A DNA stretch of 64,000 nucleotides from an uncultured archaeon. Lineage in GTDB: Archaea; Thermoproteota; Bathyarchaeia; Bathyarchaeales; Bathycorpusculaceae. Location: positions 64,001-128,000 of the forward strand of contig CAWALK010000022.1 in assembly GCA_963782915.1 (NCBI GenBank), written 5' to 3'. The position numbers were made by a program, and so were the translations under genes. The notes under the pieces were generated by a model. It had not been told where the DNA came from. It worked only from the letters and a program-made list of their open reading frames with translations, and searched no databases. This document shows, one piece after another, positions 62,653-64,000 of this stretch (position 1 is the first letter of the stretch; every line of letters begins with the position of its first letter).

Positions 62653-64000
62653 TTGGAAAATAAATCCAACGCTCAAAAGTGCCCACAATCAGACGAGCTT
62701 CTAAAGAGGATATTTGAGAACAGCTTAGACGCTATGCTATTAACCTTGGCTTCTGACGGCAGCATAATAATGGCTAACCCTGCAGCAAGTAAAATGTTTG
62801 GAATGACAAAAGATGAACTCAGGCAAGCTAACAGGGACAAACTTTTTGTCAAGGACAATTCAGCGCTATCTGCGCTTAATCACAGGGCTAAAGAAGGCAA
62901 AGCAAAAACTCAGCTAACGCTTAAGCGTAAGGACGGCTCAACCTTCCAAGGGGAGTCATCATCTAATGTTTTTATAGATACAGACGGTATCAAAAAAGCG
63001 ATCACAATATTAAGAGACTTAACAGAGCATCAAAAGATCGAGCAGACATTACGAGAAAGTAAAGACCGATTAGAACTTGCCCAGAATGTAGCAGACTTGG
63101 GTAGCTGGGAATTTAACGTAAAAAAAGGCGAAGCATTATGGTCCAAGCAACTCTACGAGATGTTCGGGCTGAACCCTGAGACAAAAGCGCCAAGTATCGT
63201 AGAATACCAAAAACTCATCCATCCAGATTACCTCAAAATATCTATCGAGTATGCTGAAAATCTCCAATCACAGGGGAAACTTGGGGAGACAGTAAGCTTT
63301 GATTATGCTATAGTAACACCACAAGGCTTGACTAAATATATACACACCGTCAGACGGGTCACAGAGGTCGACGAAAACAACAAACCTTCAAAGATAATGG
63401 GTATTGAGCAAGATATTACGGACCGCAAGAATATCGAGCAACAACTGGAACAGTACTCAAAAAGCTTAGAGGCGCTTGTTGAAGAAAGAACAAAAGAGCT
63501 TAAGGATAAAGAACGGTTAGCGGGTATAGGCGAAACAGCGGGTATGATTGGGCATGATATACGCAATCCACTGCAAGCGATTGTTAGTGAATTGTATTTG
63601 GCAAGGACGGCTATGGCTGAAGCTAAAGGCCAGTATACAAGCGAAGTGTTAGAAAGTATTGACTTCATTCAAGAACAAGCCGACTATATCAGTAAAATTG
63701 TGCAAGACCTGCAAGACTACGCGCGACCTTTAAAGCCAGAGTTACTAGAAGTAGACTTATCCGATATCTTGGTTAACGTATTTTCAACCGTAGCTGTTCC
63801 TGACAAAATTAAGCTTAAAGTACATATCAAAGGGACAATTAAAGCCAAAACAGACCCAACTTTCATGAAACGGGCGCTGACAAATCTTATCAATAACGCC
63901 ATTCAGGCGATGCCAGACGGCGGAGAACTAACCTTAGCAGCTTCAAAAAAAGAAAAATCAATCACCATTACAGTCGGCGATACAGGGGTTGGCATACCCG
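62653..64000 (+). CDS. Soluble PAS-PAS histidine kinase, paralog of 60664-62283 (runs off the window)
   Basis: Not in the ORF track; frame read by hand: FENSLDA..ANPAA, GSWEF, IHPD, GMIGHDIRNPLQAI, NA.QAMP.GG, DTG.GIP. Confidence 0.9.
   Translation, partial: MENKSNAQKCPQSDELLKRIFENSLDAMLLTLASDGSIIMANPAASKMFGMTKDELRQANRDKLFVKDNSALSALNHRAKEGKAKTQLTLKRKDGSTFQGESSSNVFIDTDGIKKAITILRDLTEHQKIEQTLRESKDRLELAQNVADLGSWEFNVKKGEALWSKQLYEMFGLNPETKAPSIVEYQKLIHPDYLKISIEYAENLQSQGKLGETVSFDYAIVTPQGLTKYIHTVRRVTEVDENNKPSKIMGIEQDITDRKNIEQQLEQYSKSLEALVEERTKELKDKERLAGIGETAGMIGHDIRNPLQAIVSELYLARTAMAEAKGQYTSEVLESIDFIQEQADYISKIVQDLQDYARPLKPELLEVDLSDILVNVFSTVAVPDKIKLKVHIKGTIKAKTDPTFMKRALTNLINNAIQAMPDGGELTLAASKKEKSITITVGDTGVGIP

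Noticed and set aside
1-64000. Transposase, integrase or provirus genes; numerous antisense ORFs
   Set aside because: No mobile-element protein motifs found; the antisense ORFs are shadows of well-supported genes

Overview
Archaeal chromosomal segment, most likely Ca. Bathyarchaeia. The lineage is inferred from S17e/S25e/S26e, an archaeal histone, Alba, Rpo6, thermosome, class I LysRS, tetraether synthase, a large secreted beta-propeller protein and PAS histidine kinases. Content is mostly housekeeping and cell-envelope genes: a glycosyltransferase cluster, an IscS-IscU-SufS operon, hel308, purB, pyrC, trpB2, an ABC exporter, a VapBC pair and tRNA-Arg(GCG). About 15 genes, some essential, are broken by single-base indels, which I read as assembly errors. 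The most unusual signals are non-coding: two families of dispersed intergenic elements. Family I is a bipartite element of about 110-130 bp with a conserved, apparently covarying hairpin, found four times and always between convergent genes. Family II is a pair of TATA + G-run motifs found at three loci. Other leads: a CAAX-protease gene flanked by a 15-bp direct repeat with an attC-like tail; an IscS with a degenerate PLP pocket beside a canonical SufS; a PspA-less Zn-ribbon/helical/SPFH-DZR/4TM operon; and an output-less HAMP receptor paired with a 76-aa protein, facing soluble kinases. All calls come from reading motifs by eye; no database searches were run.
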